Shown piece after piece: positions 29,051-38,621 of a DNA stretch of 64,000 nt (its first letter is position 1; each line of letters opens with the position of its first letter). This DNA is from an uncultured Chthonomonadaceae bacterium (GTDB lineage: Bacteria > Armatimonadota > Chthonomonadetes > Chthonomonadales > Chthonomonadaceae). A program made the position numbers and the translations under genes. The DNA is taken from positions 224,001 to 288,000 of the forward strand of contig CAWFQB010000011.1 in NCBI GenBank assembly GCA_963817895.1. The letters run 5' to 3'. Below the pieces are notes generated by a model that did no database searches, was not told the origin of the DNA, and was given only the letters and a program-made list of their open reading frames with translations.

Positions 29051-30871
29051 CTAAGCCGCTTGCCGCTGCGCGTGACGGCCCCGCTTGTCCTCATACATGG
29101 CAGCGTCGGAGCGGCAGAGGAGTCCCTGCAAATCCATTGCCTCTTCGGGATAGATGGCGAGGCCGACGCTGATGCCGAGTTGCGGGAAGTCGGCATCGCG
29201 GGCAATCATTTTGTGGGCGTGGCGCTCTACCGCGAGTTTGAGTTTTTCCGCTACCACTTCCGCCGCCATGCGGCTGGCCCGCGTCAGCACAACCACGAAC
29301 TCATCCCCCGCATACCGCGCGGCCAGATCGTAACTGCGGACGTGCGTATTTAGAATGTCCGCCACATCCTTCAATATTTGGTCGCCCATGGCGTGTCCGT
29401 AGCGGTCATTGATGGGCTTGAACTTGTCAAGGTCAATATTCAGCACCGCGATAGAAGACTGGTCTCGGCCCGCCCGGTTGAGTTCGCGCTCCAGAAATTC
29501 GCGCAGAAAGCGGGCGTTGCGCAGGCCGGTCAGGGCGTCTGTGTATGCGGTCTCCTGCACTTCCGTAAACCGTCTGGCGTTGTCAATCGCCTGACTCGCC
29601 TGCGTTGCTACAAGCCGCAAAACGCGCTGCGCATCCGGGCTGAACGCTTCGGGCGACTCGGCGTACAGGTTCAGGGTTCCGATGGCCTTGCCGCCCACAA
29701 GCAACGGCACGATCAGCGTGGAGCGGAAAGGCGTCCAGGCATCGCTTACGTCGCGCAACGCCAAATCCTGCGGCATGAACGAGGCGCGTATCATTTCGCC
29801 CCTGCCGAACGCCCGTCCGGTCAGATAGGTTCCCATCCGCGCCAAACTTCCTAACAGATGCCGCTCGTTGACACCCTGCGCGGCGGCGCAGCGCAGAAAC
29901 TGCCCCTCATCATCCGGCAGAAACAGGGCGCAGGCGTCGCAGGATACGATCTGGCGGGTGCAGCCAAGCAGGGTATCCGCGACCGCTTCCAGATGCAGCG
30001 ACCCGGAAATGGACTGCACAAGAGTATACAGCCCCATTGTCTCCTGCTGCGCGGCGGCAATGTCGTCCAATGCCAGCCGCGCGTCACGACGGCTTCCCGG
30101 CTGCTGAAAGGGCGGCGCGAAAGTAAGAGGTGGCGCGCCCAGCGTGGTCACATCGGCGCGAATGGTGGCGGCAACGGCGCGGAAGGCGGCCAGCACGCCC
30201 GGATCGAACTGCGTTCCGGCTCGCGCTTCGATTTCGGCAATGGCCTCGTCGGGAGCATAGGCCGGACGGTAGGGACGGGGGCGTAGCAGGGCGCTGTACG
30301 CATTGGCTACGGCGAGAATTCGCGCGCCCAAAGGGATTGCCTCACCGCGCAGATTGTCGGGATAGCCGTTGCCGTCCCAATGCTCGGCATGGTGGCGTAT
30401 CAGCGGCACGACTGGCCAGGGGAACGGAATAGACGCGATAATTCGCGCGCCCAAAACAGGATGCGCGCGAAGTTTTTCCTGCTCTTCGGGCGTCAGGGTG
30501 CCGGATTTGTGGAGAATGTGTTCGGGTACGCCCAATCTTCCGATGTTATGGAGCAGGCAGGCGGCGCGGAGGGCGGCGGTGTCCTCTTCCCCAAGCGCGA
30601 GGATGCGAGCGATTCCCAGAGCGCACTGCTGTACGCAGTCCAGATGCCCCATGCTGTTCGTATCGCTCGCTTCAAATGCGTATGCGAGGGCCTCGATGGT
30701 GGAAAAGCACAGGTGACGCTCATGCGAACGATTGGCCTGCGCCTGTGAAGTCAGGGCGCGAGAATTTTTCCGCTGCGCCTGCCCCCACGCCAGTCTGCCC
30801 GCCATGCTCGCCGCCATGCCGCCCGCCACCAGCAATCCCGAATGAATCCACGAGTTCATTAACAAGTCCAT
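29051..30871 (-). CDS. HD-GYP (degenerate) / GAF / GGDEF signalling protein
   Basis: LLHNIG..WDGNGYP..RPYR; GAF region; TDALTGLRN, DLDKFKPINDRYGH, RSYD I-site, RYAGDEF. Confidence 0.9.
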   Translation of the reverse strand: MDLLMNSWIHSGLLVAGGMAASMAGRLAWGQAQRKNSRALTSQAQANRSHERHLCFSTIEALAYAFEASDTNSMGHLDCVQQCALGIARILALGEEDTAALRAACLLHNIGRLGVPEHILHKSGTLTPEEQEKLRAHPVLGARIIASIPFPWPVVPLIRHHAEHWDGNGYPDNLRGEAIPLGARILAVANAYSALLRPRPYRPAYAPDEAIAEIEARAGTQFDPGVLAAFRAVAATIRADVTTLGAPPLTFAPPFQQPGSRRDARLALDDIAAAQQETMGLYTLVQSISGSLHLEAVADTLLGCTRQIVSCDACALFLPDDEGQFLRCAAAQGVNERHLLGSLARMGTYLTGRAFGRGEMIRASFMPQDLALRDVSDAWTPFRSTLIVPLLVGGKAIGTLNLYAESPEAFSPDAQRVLRLVATQASQAIDNARRFTEVQETAYTDALTGLRNARFLREFLERELNRAGRDQSSIAVLNIDLDKFKPINDRYGHAMGDQILKDVADILNTHVRSYDLAARYAGDEFVVVLTRASRMAAEVVAEKLKLAVERHAHKMIARDADFPQLGISVGLAIYPEEAMDLQGLLCRSDAAMYEDKRGRHAQRQAA

Positions 30872-30959
30872 TTTTAGTTTCCGCCCCCGCCATGAGATAC
30901 ATTAATTGTGCCAGAAACCGCGTATTGCCCCCCTGTTAATGATGCGTGAAAGTAAGCCA

Positions 30960-31788
30960 CTAGCCACTTTTCAAAAAACGACTGATCGCCAGTCCCTCCT
31001 CGGAGGTAAGCTGTTCGAAGCAGATCATGGCCTGATGCGAGGAAGCGGCGCGGGTGCGCTCACTGCGCAGAACGCGCCCCGTGAGCGTGAAGCGCTGTTT
31101 TGCCTGGACTGCCTGTGCCGCCGAACTCGTTGCGGATTGTTCGTTAAGATTGTCGGGGCTGATCGGAAGGGCGAATTGAAGCGCGACGCGCTGTTGCAGG
31201 GGCAGGCAAACATGCGTTCGCAGGCGTATCCCGTTTGCGCTCATGTCTACCGCCCAGCCACTCTCCCAACACTCCTCCGCCGCGTCGTCCCACTGTTGCA
31301 AAGGCGCGTGACGCGTTGCCCGCGCTTCCAGTTCGGGGCGCAGCAGGACGGCGATGCGGGACCAGCGGCGCGGCCCAAGTCGGCGTTCCTCCTTTTGCTG
31401 GCACTGCCACAGGTGAACAGTAATTTCCCGGCTTCTGGACCGCGCAACGGAAGCGGAAGGCTGTTTCAATTCCAGTTCCAAACTCATACTTCGTTATGGC
31501 TTCTTCCGAAGCGCGGTGCGCCACAACAATCCCCTCTGCCTCGCAGCGATACGGCCCGTCGCTGAATGTGAAGCGTACCAGCGACCCCCAGTGCAGGCAC
31601 GACACGGAAGCGTCAGCAGGCAGGGCCAGCGTCGCCCAATCGCCGTGCAAATCCAGCAGGCGGGCATCGTAGCGCGCGAGGGGCTGATAAAGATTGTTCA
31701 GCACATCCAGAGGAACAAAAATATCGGAAATTTGTTGCAGTATCACATGCAATCCTTCAGGTTGGCATTGGTGTGGAAATACTTCCAT
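30960..31788 (-). CDS. PilZ-domain protein (one frameshift near 31490)
   Basis: ERRLGPR (RxxxR) and DMSANG (DxSxxG) in ORF 30960-31487; N-terminal part in ORF 31144-31788. Confidence 0.7.
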
Positions 31789-31817
31789 TATGTGTTCATG
31801 TCAAGCTAACCACCAAA

Positions 31818-32474
31818 TTATGTCAGTTGCAGCAGGAAACGATGCAGTTGAACCTGATCTATGCGCGGCACACTGAGGAAGCGAATGGCGACGGCATACT
31901 CCAAAACGCCTTCCGGCGTTTTGACAGGCTCTTTGAGCATGGTGCAACGCACGACGCTTCCCTCGGCATGGATAATCTCTTTGTCATTCAGGCGAATACG
32001 AAGCGCAAGCGGCGAATTGGCGCAAATCAGCATTTTGACCGCCATCTTCGCGCCGCCGAGACTTAAATCATGAATATTGCCCAGTTCACAATCGGTATCG
32101 GGCAGTCCTAAAATTTCGGCAATGGCCGCGTTCAAACGGTAGGGAGTCGGTATCGCGCAGTCGTAGCGTTTGCTGCGGCGACGCTGAAGCAGCTGAGGAT
32201 TGCCGATTTTGGTGACGAACATGTTATCGCGCCGATTAACAACTGTGGAATGGCACTGGTACAACCCGCCATCTACCGTTTGCACCAACTGCACCTGCGC
32301 GCCCGGCATAATCAGGGCGGCTTCCGCGGGTTCTACGGAGATGAGCAGATGTTTGCCGTCGCTGTGCCGGATGGTGGCAGGCAGACGGTATTCTTCCGGT
32401 AACAGGGTGACTTCGACATATTCGGTTGCGTCGAACATAGTGAGTTGGTTTCCAAAGGCATGGAGGACTGGCAA
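31818..32474 (-). CDS. YcgR-like PilZ-domain protein
   Basis: QRRRSKR and DLSLGG motifs; start codon uncertain. Confidence 0.8.
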   Translation of the reverse strand: MPVLHAFGNQLTMFDATEYVEVTLLPEEYRLPATIRHSDGKHLLISVEPAEAALIMPGAQVQLVQTVDGGLYQCHSTVVNRRDNMFVTKIGNPQLLQRRRSKRYDCAIPTPYRLNAAIAEILGLPDTDCELGNIHDLSLGGAKMAVKMLICANSPLALRIRLNDKEIIHAEGSVVRCTMLKEPVKTPEGVLEYAVAIRFLSVPRIDQVQLHRFLLQLT

Positions 32475-32586
32475 TCCTCTGCTGACGCCGACATTCGTGG
32501 TTTGTTTGCGCCGGGTTCGGTAGATTATCGGTTTAAGGCGGCGGCGTGTGCAGGTTTGGAAAGGGAAAGATTGCGCAAAGATTCAA

Positions 32587-32637
32587 GGGGAAGGGAAAAG
32601 GGAAAAGGGAAAAGGGAAAAGGGAAAAGGGAAAAGGG
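32587..32637. repeat. (GGGAAAA)n heptamer array
   Basis: About six tandem gggaaaa units. Confidence 0.9.
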
Positions 32638-32752
32638 GTAAGAAGGAAGAGAAAAGATTAAGGAGGGATAAGGGAACGTTTGGTGATGGGGTATGCGGAG
32701 GTGGATAGATCGGCAACGATGTTTTAGATGGAGGCGAAGGGCGGAACACTTA

Positions 32753-33427
32753 TTATGGGTCGCGGAGCATCAGCAGCGATACCCAACGCTGGCGGGAACC
32801 CGGGGCAACGGGACGCGGTTCCGGGGAATGGAGGCGAAACCCCATGCGCGCGTACAGCCGTCTCGCGCCCATGTTGCCCTGAAGCACATGCAGCGCCATG
32901 CGGTTTCGCCCATTCGCCTGCGCCCACTGTAAAGCGTCCTGCATCAGAAGCGTGCCTACGCCCTTGCCCCGTTCCCGCGCGTCTACCGCGAGGGCTTCGA
33001 CGTACACAAGGTCATTGCCTTTTGGAATCCGCTTGTTGATGGCGAAATTGGCGAAGACGCCGCCAACGAACGCCCGGATACCCCTCCAAAATCCAGCCTG
33101 TTCGCGGATCACCTGCCAGTAGGTCTTCAACGCGCCCCTGCCGATAGATTCGCCGATGTGCAGAATGGTAACGCCGATGATATGGTCGTCACGGACTGCA
33201 AGCCGGGTTGTGGCGAGAGAGAGAGTCTCCGCTCGGTACAGAGCGCGCAGAATACCGGCGGTCTGCTGTATGGAAAAACGCCCGAATATCCAGTGGTACA
33301 GAGCCGGAAACGCTTCCGCCAGTATCCGGCTGATGGCGTCGGCGTCCTCAGAGTTTGCAGCCCGAATATGGACCGGCGAAGGCGGGGAATTGGCTTCCGG
33401 CAGGCTGTGTTCGTCTGTATCCTCCAT
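32753..33427 (-). CDS. GNAT acetyltransferase
   Basis: YVEALAV..RERGKGVG, N.GARRLYARMGF. Confidence 0.88.
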   Translation of the reverse strand: MEDTDEHSLPEANSPPSPVHIRAANSEDADAISRILAEAFPALYHWIFGRFSIQQTAGILRALYRAETLSLATTRLAVRDDHIIGVTILHIGESIGRGALKTYWQVIREQAGFWRGIRAFVGGVFANFAINKRIPKGNDLVYVEALAVDARERGKGVGTLLMQDALQWAQANGRNRMALHVLQGNMGARRLYARMGFRLHSPEPRPVAPGSRQRWVSLLMLRDP

Positions 33428-33703
33428 GATAATTTTTATAATCCTCGTTCCTCTAATATGTCCTGAATTGATTGGTAGCGCTATTCAGTACGCGCATGCA
33501 ACGGGAAATATCAGCAAACCGCTCAGGCTTTATCCCGCAATCGTGATTATAGATGAAATGGAACATTCAATGTAGGCAATGAATGTAGGCGATTTGTTCC
33601 GAGTTCTTTCAACTTCTGACTGCGCAGGTGTCCGATTTGCGAAAGCAGGCAGGGAAATGTGGCAGGGATAATTAAGAGCCTATCCCAATAGGCGGTTGTA
33701 TTT

Positions 33704-33762
33704 GCGTCCGAAGGCCGCTTGGCCGCAGGCCACTCAGACGGGTACGTTCTTTGTACCCGGCC
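33704..33762. repeat. Family C multi-hairpin repeat arm
   Basis: gcgtccgaaggccgcttggccgcaggccactcagacgggta..tacccgg resembles 59189-59243. Confidence 0.75.
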
Positions 33763-34016
33763 AATTGGGATAATTAAGCTGCGCGTGACTTTCGCGCCTC
33801 CATCTGTATCTAATAGAATGTATACGCGCCGCTTCGTATCGCCGGATGCGGCATAATGGCATACGAACTTCAAGGTTTGCGCGGATATAGCATCTGAAAA
33901 TCACGGGGCAACCGTGTCGAGTTGCCGCTTTCAGAAACCTCTCTCGTTTGAATTGTGAAAAGGCGTTGGCAGTGGAGCGACTCATCGGATTGGGCATATT
34001 TTCGCAAAGCAAAACT

Positions 34017-34538
34017 GTGGACGAGCAGCAATGGCTTGACGCCGCCCGGAGCGGGCAGGAATGGGCGCTGGAGCAGTTTTTCCAGTGTTATCAGCCCGCC
34101 GTGTACGCCCTGTGCCACCGCCTGCTCGGACGCGCGGAAGATGCTGAGGACGCGACGCAGGCCGCGTTTGTCCAGGCATTTGTCGCGCTGCCGAAGTTTC
34201 GGGGAAACAGTCAGGTGAAAACATGGCTGTACCGCATTGCCGTCAATGAGGCATTAAGTCTGTTGCGCAGGCGCGGCAACGCTCCTGTGGAACTGGACGA
34301 AACCTTCCCTGCAAATTTGCCCGGACAGGAACACGAGAACATACAGGAGCGTCTGGCTGTACAGCGCGCGCTGGCAGGGTTAAAACCGGAACATCGGGCT
34401 ATACTGGTGCTTCGTTTTTGGGAAGACCTGAGTTATGAAGAGATCGCCGCCGTGCTGAACGCGCGTTTGCCGACCGTGAAAATGCGGCTTGCCCGCGCCC
34501 GCGAAAAGTTTCAGAAACAGTATGAAGTCGAGGGTTGA
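34017..34538 (+). CDS. ECF sigma-70 factor (start uncertain)
   Basis: DAEDATQAAF, TWLYRIAVN, LSYEEIA..TVKMRLARAR. Confidence 0.92.
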   Translation: MDEQQWLDAARSGQEWALEQFFQCYQPAVYALCHRLLGRAEDAEDATQAAFVQAFVALPKFRGNSQVKTWLYRIAVNEALSLLRRRGNAPVELDETFPANLPGQEHENIQERLAVQRALAGLKPEHRAILVLRFWEDLSYEEIAAVLNARLPTVKMRLARAREKFQKQYEVEG

Positions 34539-34576
34539 TAGCTCACAGCGGATAGAAGCAGGATGAGGCGAATTTG

Positions 34577-35707
34577 ATGAGAAGGCAATGGCATGGTTGG
34601 CGGATGCGGGGGGCGCTCCTGCGCTATCAAGACGGCGAACTGCCCCTTGCGCAAGCGCGACAAATAGAAAATCACCTGGCCAGTTGTGATACTTGCCGGA
34701 AGCGTTTGAATGTCTGGAAGGCAGCCGAACAGTCATTGACGCGGCACACTCCCCGGCGGAACGAACTTATTACCCGGGACGCGCAACGCCTGCTGGCGGC
34801 TGTTCGGATGCGGGTGGAAGCGCAGACGCAAAACACGCAGCGGTTGGTTCGCAGGCGTAAAATCGCAGCGTTGGCGACGGCCTGCGCTTTTGCGGGCTTA
34901 TGGACGGCATATCCGGGTACGAAACTGCTTGAAGCGAAGAACGAGGCTGCTACCGATGTGTCCGTTTCCGCATCGCCGCGCAGGAATGAGAAACTCGCGA
35001 ATAACATCAGCAAGCCGCGTTCATTCCCCCTTCAATCTCTATCTCCGCAGGTGGCAATTCCCGCGGGAACCGGACGCCCTGAAAATCAGCAACCGCCGAG
35101 CGTCAGGCGCAATTACCAACATAGCGCAGTGACGACAACAAGAATGGAAATCGGCAGCAAACAGCGGACGTATCGGAAGCGCGGGAGAAGAAAATTTGAA
35201 ATGCTGGCTTCGCGACGAGCGCGCGGAAACAGATCGGCAAGCGGTCATTCGCCTGTGTCTGTCAAATCTGTTGAGGATACAGGTAACGCGCTTGTACAAG
35301 CAGGCGAGGGGACAAATAATGAACCATTTGCCGCCTCGGAAAGTTTGAGCCTGCTGGCGCAGAACATGCGCGGATTGCCGCCGGACAGCCATTTGCTGAT
35401 TACGGTGACGGATGCTGCGGAGAAGAATGTTGTCACCCAACCAGGCGGGGACACGATAACAGGCGACAATCACGCGCCATCCCTGCCGCTGAAAAGCCGG
35501 TCGTTGGAGGCAGAACCTTCCGGCGCGGCAACCGTGTCCGCGCTACAGGTGGATGACGCGGGAACGCAGGTCTGGCGTTTTTGTTCGGTTGCGCAAAACA
35601 AAGAGGGCATCACAACGGTACGCTGCGCGACAGCCTGGCAGATCGGGCGCAAGCCCATATCCAGCCTTGCCGTCATGACGGAAACCACACAGGGAGACAG
35701 AAAATGA
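34577..35707 (+). CDS. Zinc-finger (ZAS/zf-HC2) anti-sigma factor
   Basis: YQDGEL..IENHLASCDTC, then a hydrophobic helix; follows the sigma gene. Confidence 0.8.
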   Translation: MRRQWHGWRMRGALLRYQDGELPLAQARQIENHLASCDTCRKRLNVWKAAEQSLTRHTPRRNELITRDAQRLLAAVRMRVEAQTQNTQRLVRRRKIAALATACAFAGLWTAYPGTKLLEAKNEAATDVSVSASPRRNEKLANNISKPRSFPLQSLSPQVAIPAGTGRPENQQPPSVRRNYQHSAVTTTRMEIGSKQRTYRKRGRRKFEMLASRRARGNRSASGHSPVSVKSVEDTGNALVQAGEGTNNEPFAASESLSLLAQNMRGLPPDSHLLITVTDAAEKNVVTQPGGDTITGDNHAPSLPLKSRSLEAEPSGAATVSALQVDDAGTQVWRFCSVAQNKEGITTVRCATAWQIGRKPISSLAVMTETTQGDRK

Positions 35708-36831
35708 ACAAACGGAATTGCTTGTGGCGCGTGGGATTGGGATTGCTGCTGCTTCTGCCGGTGAACATGGCGGGCGCTCAAGGGGGGGGTGGCATTGGCG
35801 GCGGGGTGCCGGACGATGGCTCGTCGCAGCCGGTGAACATGGACTATCCGGGAATGATTTTCAGTGGCAGTGGCAGCGTTGATGACGGGCCTCGCGGGAA
35901 CACTATTCGGCATACGCTCATGCTTACCGGACGCTTGAAATATCTGACGAAATCCATAAACGCGCATTTGGATAAGGCAACGCTGTCGGACGCATTGAAC
36001 GCGCTGGCTCAAGCTTCCGGAATGATTGTGACTGCGCCAGTGAATATTCTCGACACAAACAAGCGCCTGACCATAGAAGCGCGTAATGTCCCAATGGGAA
36101 CGGTTCTGGAAGCTATTGCCCAACAAATGGAGGTAATAATCGCGCCGCAGGATACTGTGGGCATTACACTCAAGCCCTGGCCGTCCCTGAACATCAATGG
36201 ACACAAAAGTCAATATAGAGGTTCAAACGCGCCCTGGTCAGATGAATGGCTGGAACTGCATCCTCCGGAAAATATTGCGCAGGGTGGCGGCGGTGGTTTT
36301 GGCGGCTTCGGTGGTGGGGGCAGTGGTTCAGGCGGTGGACTCGGCGGGGCGTTTGGCGGCGGACAGAGGATTGACCCTGCAAGCGGGGGAACTTCGTCGG
36401 GCAGGCGTGGTTCGGCTCCTAACGGCTTACAGGGCGCGGGCGGCGGCATGGGAACGCCACCCCCGCGACCTGAACCGGGTGTGTCCATACCGAAAGCGGA
36501 AAACCGCTCAAGTAACCCGTTCGCGTCTATGTCATACGGACCCGGCGCGTCAGGGGCTTACAATTCCGCGCCGTTGTCCATGACCGTTTCCGGTGACAGA
36601 CTGGCAGTGGCGGAGCCGACAACCGGCCCGAAAGGTGAACCGGGCTACCAGCTTACCGTGTACAACATTGCAGGGGGGCAGATGAAGATCGTGAGCAGCG
36701 TGTTTCATGCGTCTGTAAGTCGCATTGCTCACCGCTCTCTCCAATTCCAATACAATTGGAACAGCCTCCATAAAGATAAAGGTAGTTCGATCTATACAGC
36801 GCCGAAGGGGAGTGGCGGCGGTGGCATGTAG
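35704..36831 (+). CDS. Secreted Gly-rich hypothetical protein with an STN-like segment
   Basis: Signal peptide; LDKATLSDALNALAQASG..LTIEARNVPMGTVLEAI; ATGA overlap with the anti-sigma gene. Confidence 0.65.
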   Translation: MNKRNCLWRVGLGLLLLLPVNMAGAQGGGGIGGGVPDDGSSQPVNMDYPGMIFSGSGSVDDGPRGNTIRHTLMLTGRLKYLTKSINAHLDKATLSDALNALAQASGMIVTAPVNILDTNKRLTIEARNVPMGTVLEAIAQQMEVIIAPQDTVGITLKPWPSLNINGHKSQYRGSNAPWSDEWLELHPPENIAQGGGGGFGGFGGGGSGSGGGLGGAFGGGQRIDPASGGTSSGRRGSAPNGLQGAGGGMGTPPPRPEPGVSIPKAENRSSNPFASMSYGPGASGAYNSAPLSMTVSGDRLAVAEPTTGPKGEPGYQLTVYNIAGGQMKIVSSVFHASVSRIAHRSLQFQYNWNSLHKDKGSSIYTAPKGSGGGGM

Positions 36832-36857
36832 GCGGGTGATTGGAGCCGATGCGCCGT

Positions 36858-37790
36858 TTAATTCATGGCGGGTTCGAGCAATGTCAGGGCGCGGTTGGTG
36901 GCATCCAGCCGCGCCCTGACGCCGAGCGGCAGCGTGAGTGGATTGGGTTCGTGGCCGAACGGGAAACCTGTAATTGTGGGTTTGCCGAGGGGCTTGAAAA
37001 AATCCTGCCAGAGCGCGTCGGGCGTGTTGGCGGGCGGGTCGGATTCCTGTGATTGCCAGCGCGTGACCGTGCCGATAACAAAGCCTGCGGCCTCCGCAAA
37101 CGCGCCCGCGTTACGTAACTGCGTCAGGTCTCGATCCACGCGGTAAACGGCTTCCCCCACATCTTCCAGCAACACGATTTTACCCTTGAAATCGGGCGGA
37201 TAGCGCGAACCGCAGGCATGCGCCAGAAGGCAGATGCAGCCGCCCGCGAGTTCGCCTTCCGCAATTCCGCCCACAAGAGTTTGCATAGCTTCGGGGGAAG
37301 CGGGCAGGGTTCCCAAAGGCTCGTTTTGTTCCAGGCTGCGCCAGAAAACATCGGTTGATAGCGCATCCAGATTGCGCAGGGAAGTGGCGTTGGGACTGTG
37401 AAAGGTGACAAATTCAGCGGCCTGCGTCAATAGCAGGTGCAGGCTTGTAATGTCGCTGTAGCCGGTGAAAATTTTCGGATGGGCGCGGAAAACATCAACA
37501 TCCAGAAGATCAAACAGGCGCATGGCCCCGTATCCGCCCCGGCAGGCGAAAATCGCGTTTACATCCGGGCGGACAAACATGGCCTGCAAATCTCCCGCCC
37601 GTTGCGTATCCGTGCCGGACAGGTAAGTGTTGCCGCTCATGCCTGCCAGAACGTGTTCGCCCACCACGACGCGATACCCGCGCCGGGTTATAATGGATAT
37701 GGCCTCATCCAGTTCCTCCGGCTTGACGGGACCGGAAGGCGCGACAATGCCGATGGTGTCGCCGGGGCGTAAGCGGGCGCATTTGCGCAC
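36858..37790 (-). CDS. LD-carboxypeptidase (S66)
   Basis: LRPGDTIGIVAPS, RGGYG, GYSDIT, LLEDVGE, PFGH; GTG start. Confidence 0.92.
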   Translation of the reverse strand: MRKCARLRPGDTIGIVAPSGPVKPEELDEAISIITRRGYRVVVGEHVLAGMSGNTYLSGTDTQRAGDLQAMFVRPDVNAIFACRGGYGAMRLFDLLDVDVFRAHPKIFTGYSDITSLHLLLTQAAEFVTFHSPNATSLRNLDALSTDVFWRSLEQNEPLGTLPASPEAMQTLVGGIAEGELAGGCICLLAHACGSRYPPDFKGKIVLLEDVGEAVYRVDRDLTQLRNAGAFAEAAGFVIGTVTRWQSQESDPPANTPDALWQDFFKPLGKPTITGFPFGHEPNPLTLPLGVRARLDATNRALTLLEPAMN

Positions 37791-37886
37791 TGTTTTCCTC
37801 TTCCTGAATATGAAAAAGTGAAGGAAGAGCCAGATTGGTTCCTCCTTCACTTTCACGCGATACTTATGATGTTCGGCAAGGGATTG

Positions 37887-38045
37887 TTACAGCGTGGCTT
37901 TGCCCTTTGTCAACAGGTTGAAGACAACCAGCACAATGGCGACAACGAGCGCGATGTGAATCAGCGCGCCGCCGAAGTGAAGCACCAGGCCCAATAGCCA
38001 GATCACGAACAAGACAGAGATAACCGCCCAAAGAATACCGGCCAT
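37887..38045 (-). CDS. Small two-helix membrane protein, lmo0937/DUF5670-like (52 aa, absent from the ORF track)
   Basis: MAGILWAVISVLFVIWLLGLVLHFGGALIHIALVVAIVLVVFNLLTKGKATL; GAGGG RBS. Confidence 0.8.
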   Translation of the reverse strand: MAGILWAVISVLFVIWLLGLVLHFGGALIHIALVVAIVLVVFNLLTKGKATL

Positions 38046-38273
38046 TTCAATACCCTCTTTTCATCATGGAGTACACCGCCGTTATTTTCTGTTTCGGGCG
38101 TCTCAGCCCGGCAGCGATGTAGGCTTGTAAATGTAATACCTTCCAAAACCATGCGCCTCGAGTATCGGCGGAAATGGAAAGCGCGATTTGGATTGCAGAT
38201 AGGACGTAGCCAGATTTAGAAACGTTCCCAATTGTTTGAGCGTATTTTTCGTAAAGCAAAAAGGAGAAAAACT

Positions 38274-38477
38274 ATGCCGCAGTACCAACAGCAGAAAAAG
38301 GGGCAAGCGCGTATTCGCATTTTGGGCAAGGATGCCACCCGCGCCTACATGCTTCTGATGCAGAAGACCGGGGGCAAATTGCAGGCGCTTCCCAATGGCG
38401 TGTTCGTGCTGGAAGAGAACCTGCTGGAATACTTGCAATTGAACAGCATCGAGTTTGAGCGCATAGACGAAAAGTAG
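38274..38477 (+). CDS. Small hypothetical protein (67 aa)
   Basis: AGGAG RBS, ATG, globular-looking composition. Confidence 0.6.
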   Translation: MPQYQQQKKGQARIRILGKDATRAYMLLMQKTGGKLQALPNGVFVLEENLLEYLQLNSIEFERIDEK

Positions 38478-38496
38478 ATCGGGCGGATGTTCGCTC

Positions 38497-38572
38497 TTGA
38501 ATCCGATGCCCGTTTTGCGCTATACTAATATTGGGCCATGCAGGAGGACTCCTGTGTGGCTTTTTTCTTTTT
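38497..38572 (+). promoter_or_regulatory. Putative pyrG promoter and leader terminator
   Basis: TTGAAT-18-TATACT, GGGC 6 nt downstream, hairpin GCCATGCAGGAG/CTCCTGTGTGGC plus T-tract. Confidence 0.6.
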
Positions 38573-38621
38573 GTTTATATTATGGTATGGGGTAGGGCGT
38601 AACGAGGACGTGAGGACGCGA

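Noticed and set aside
33547..33873. 108-aa ORF in the GNAT-sigma intergenic region
   Set aside because: No motifs, and it crosses a family C repeat
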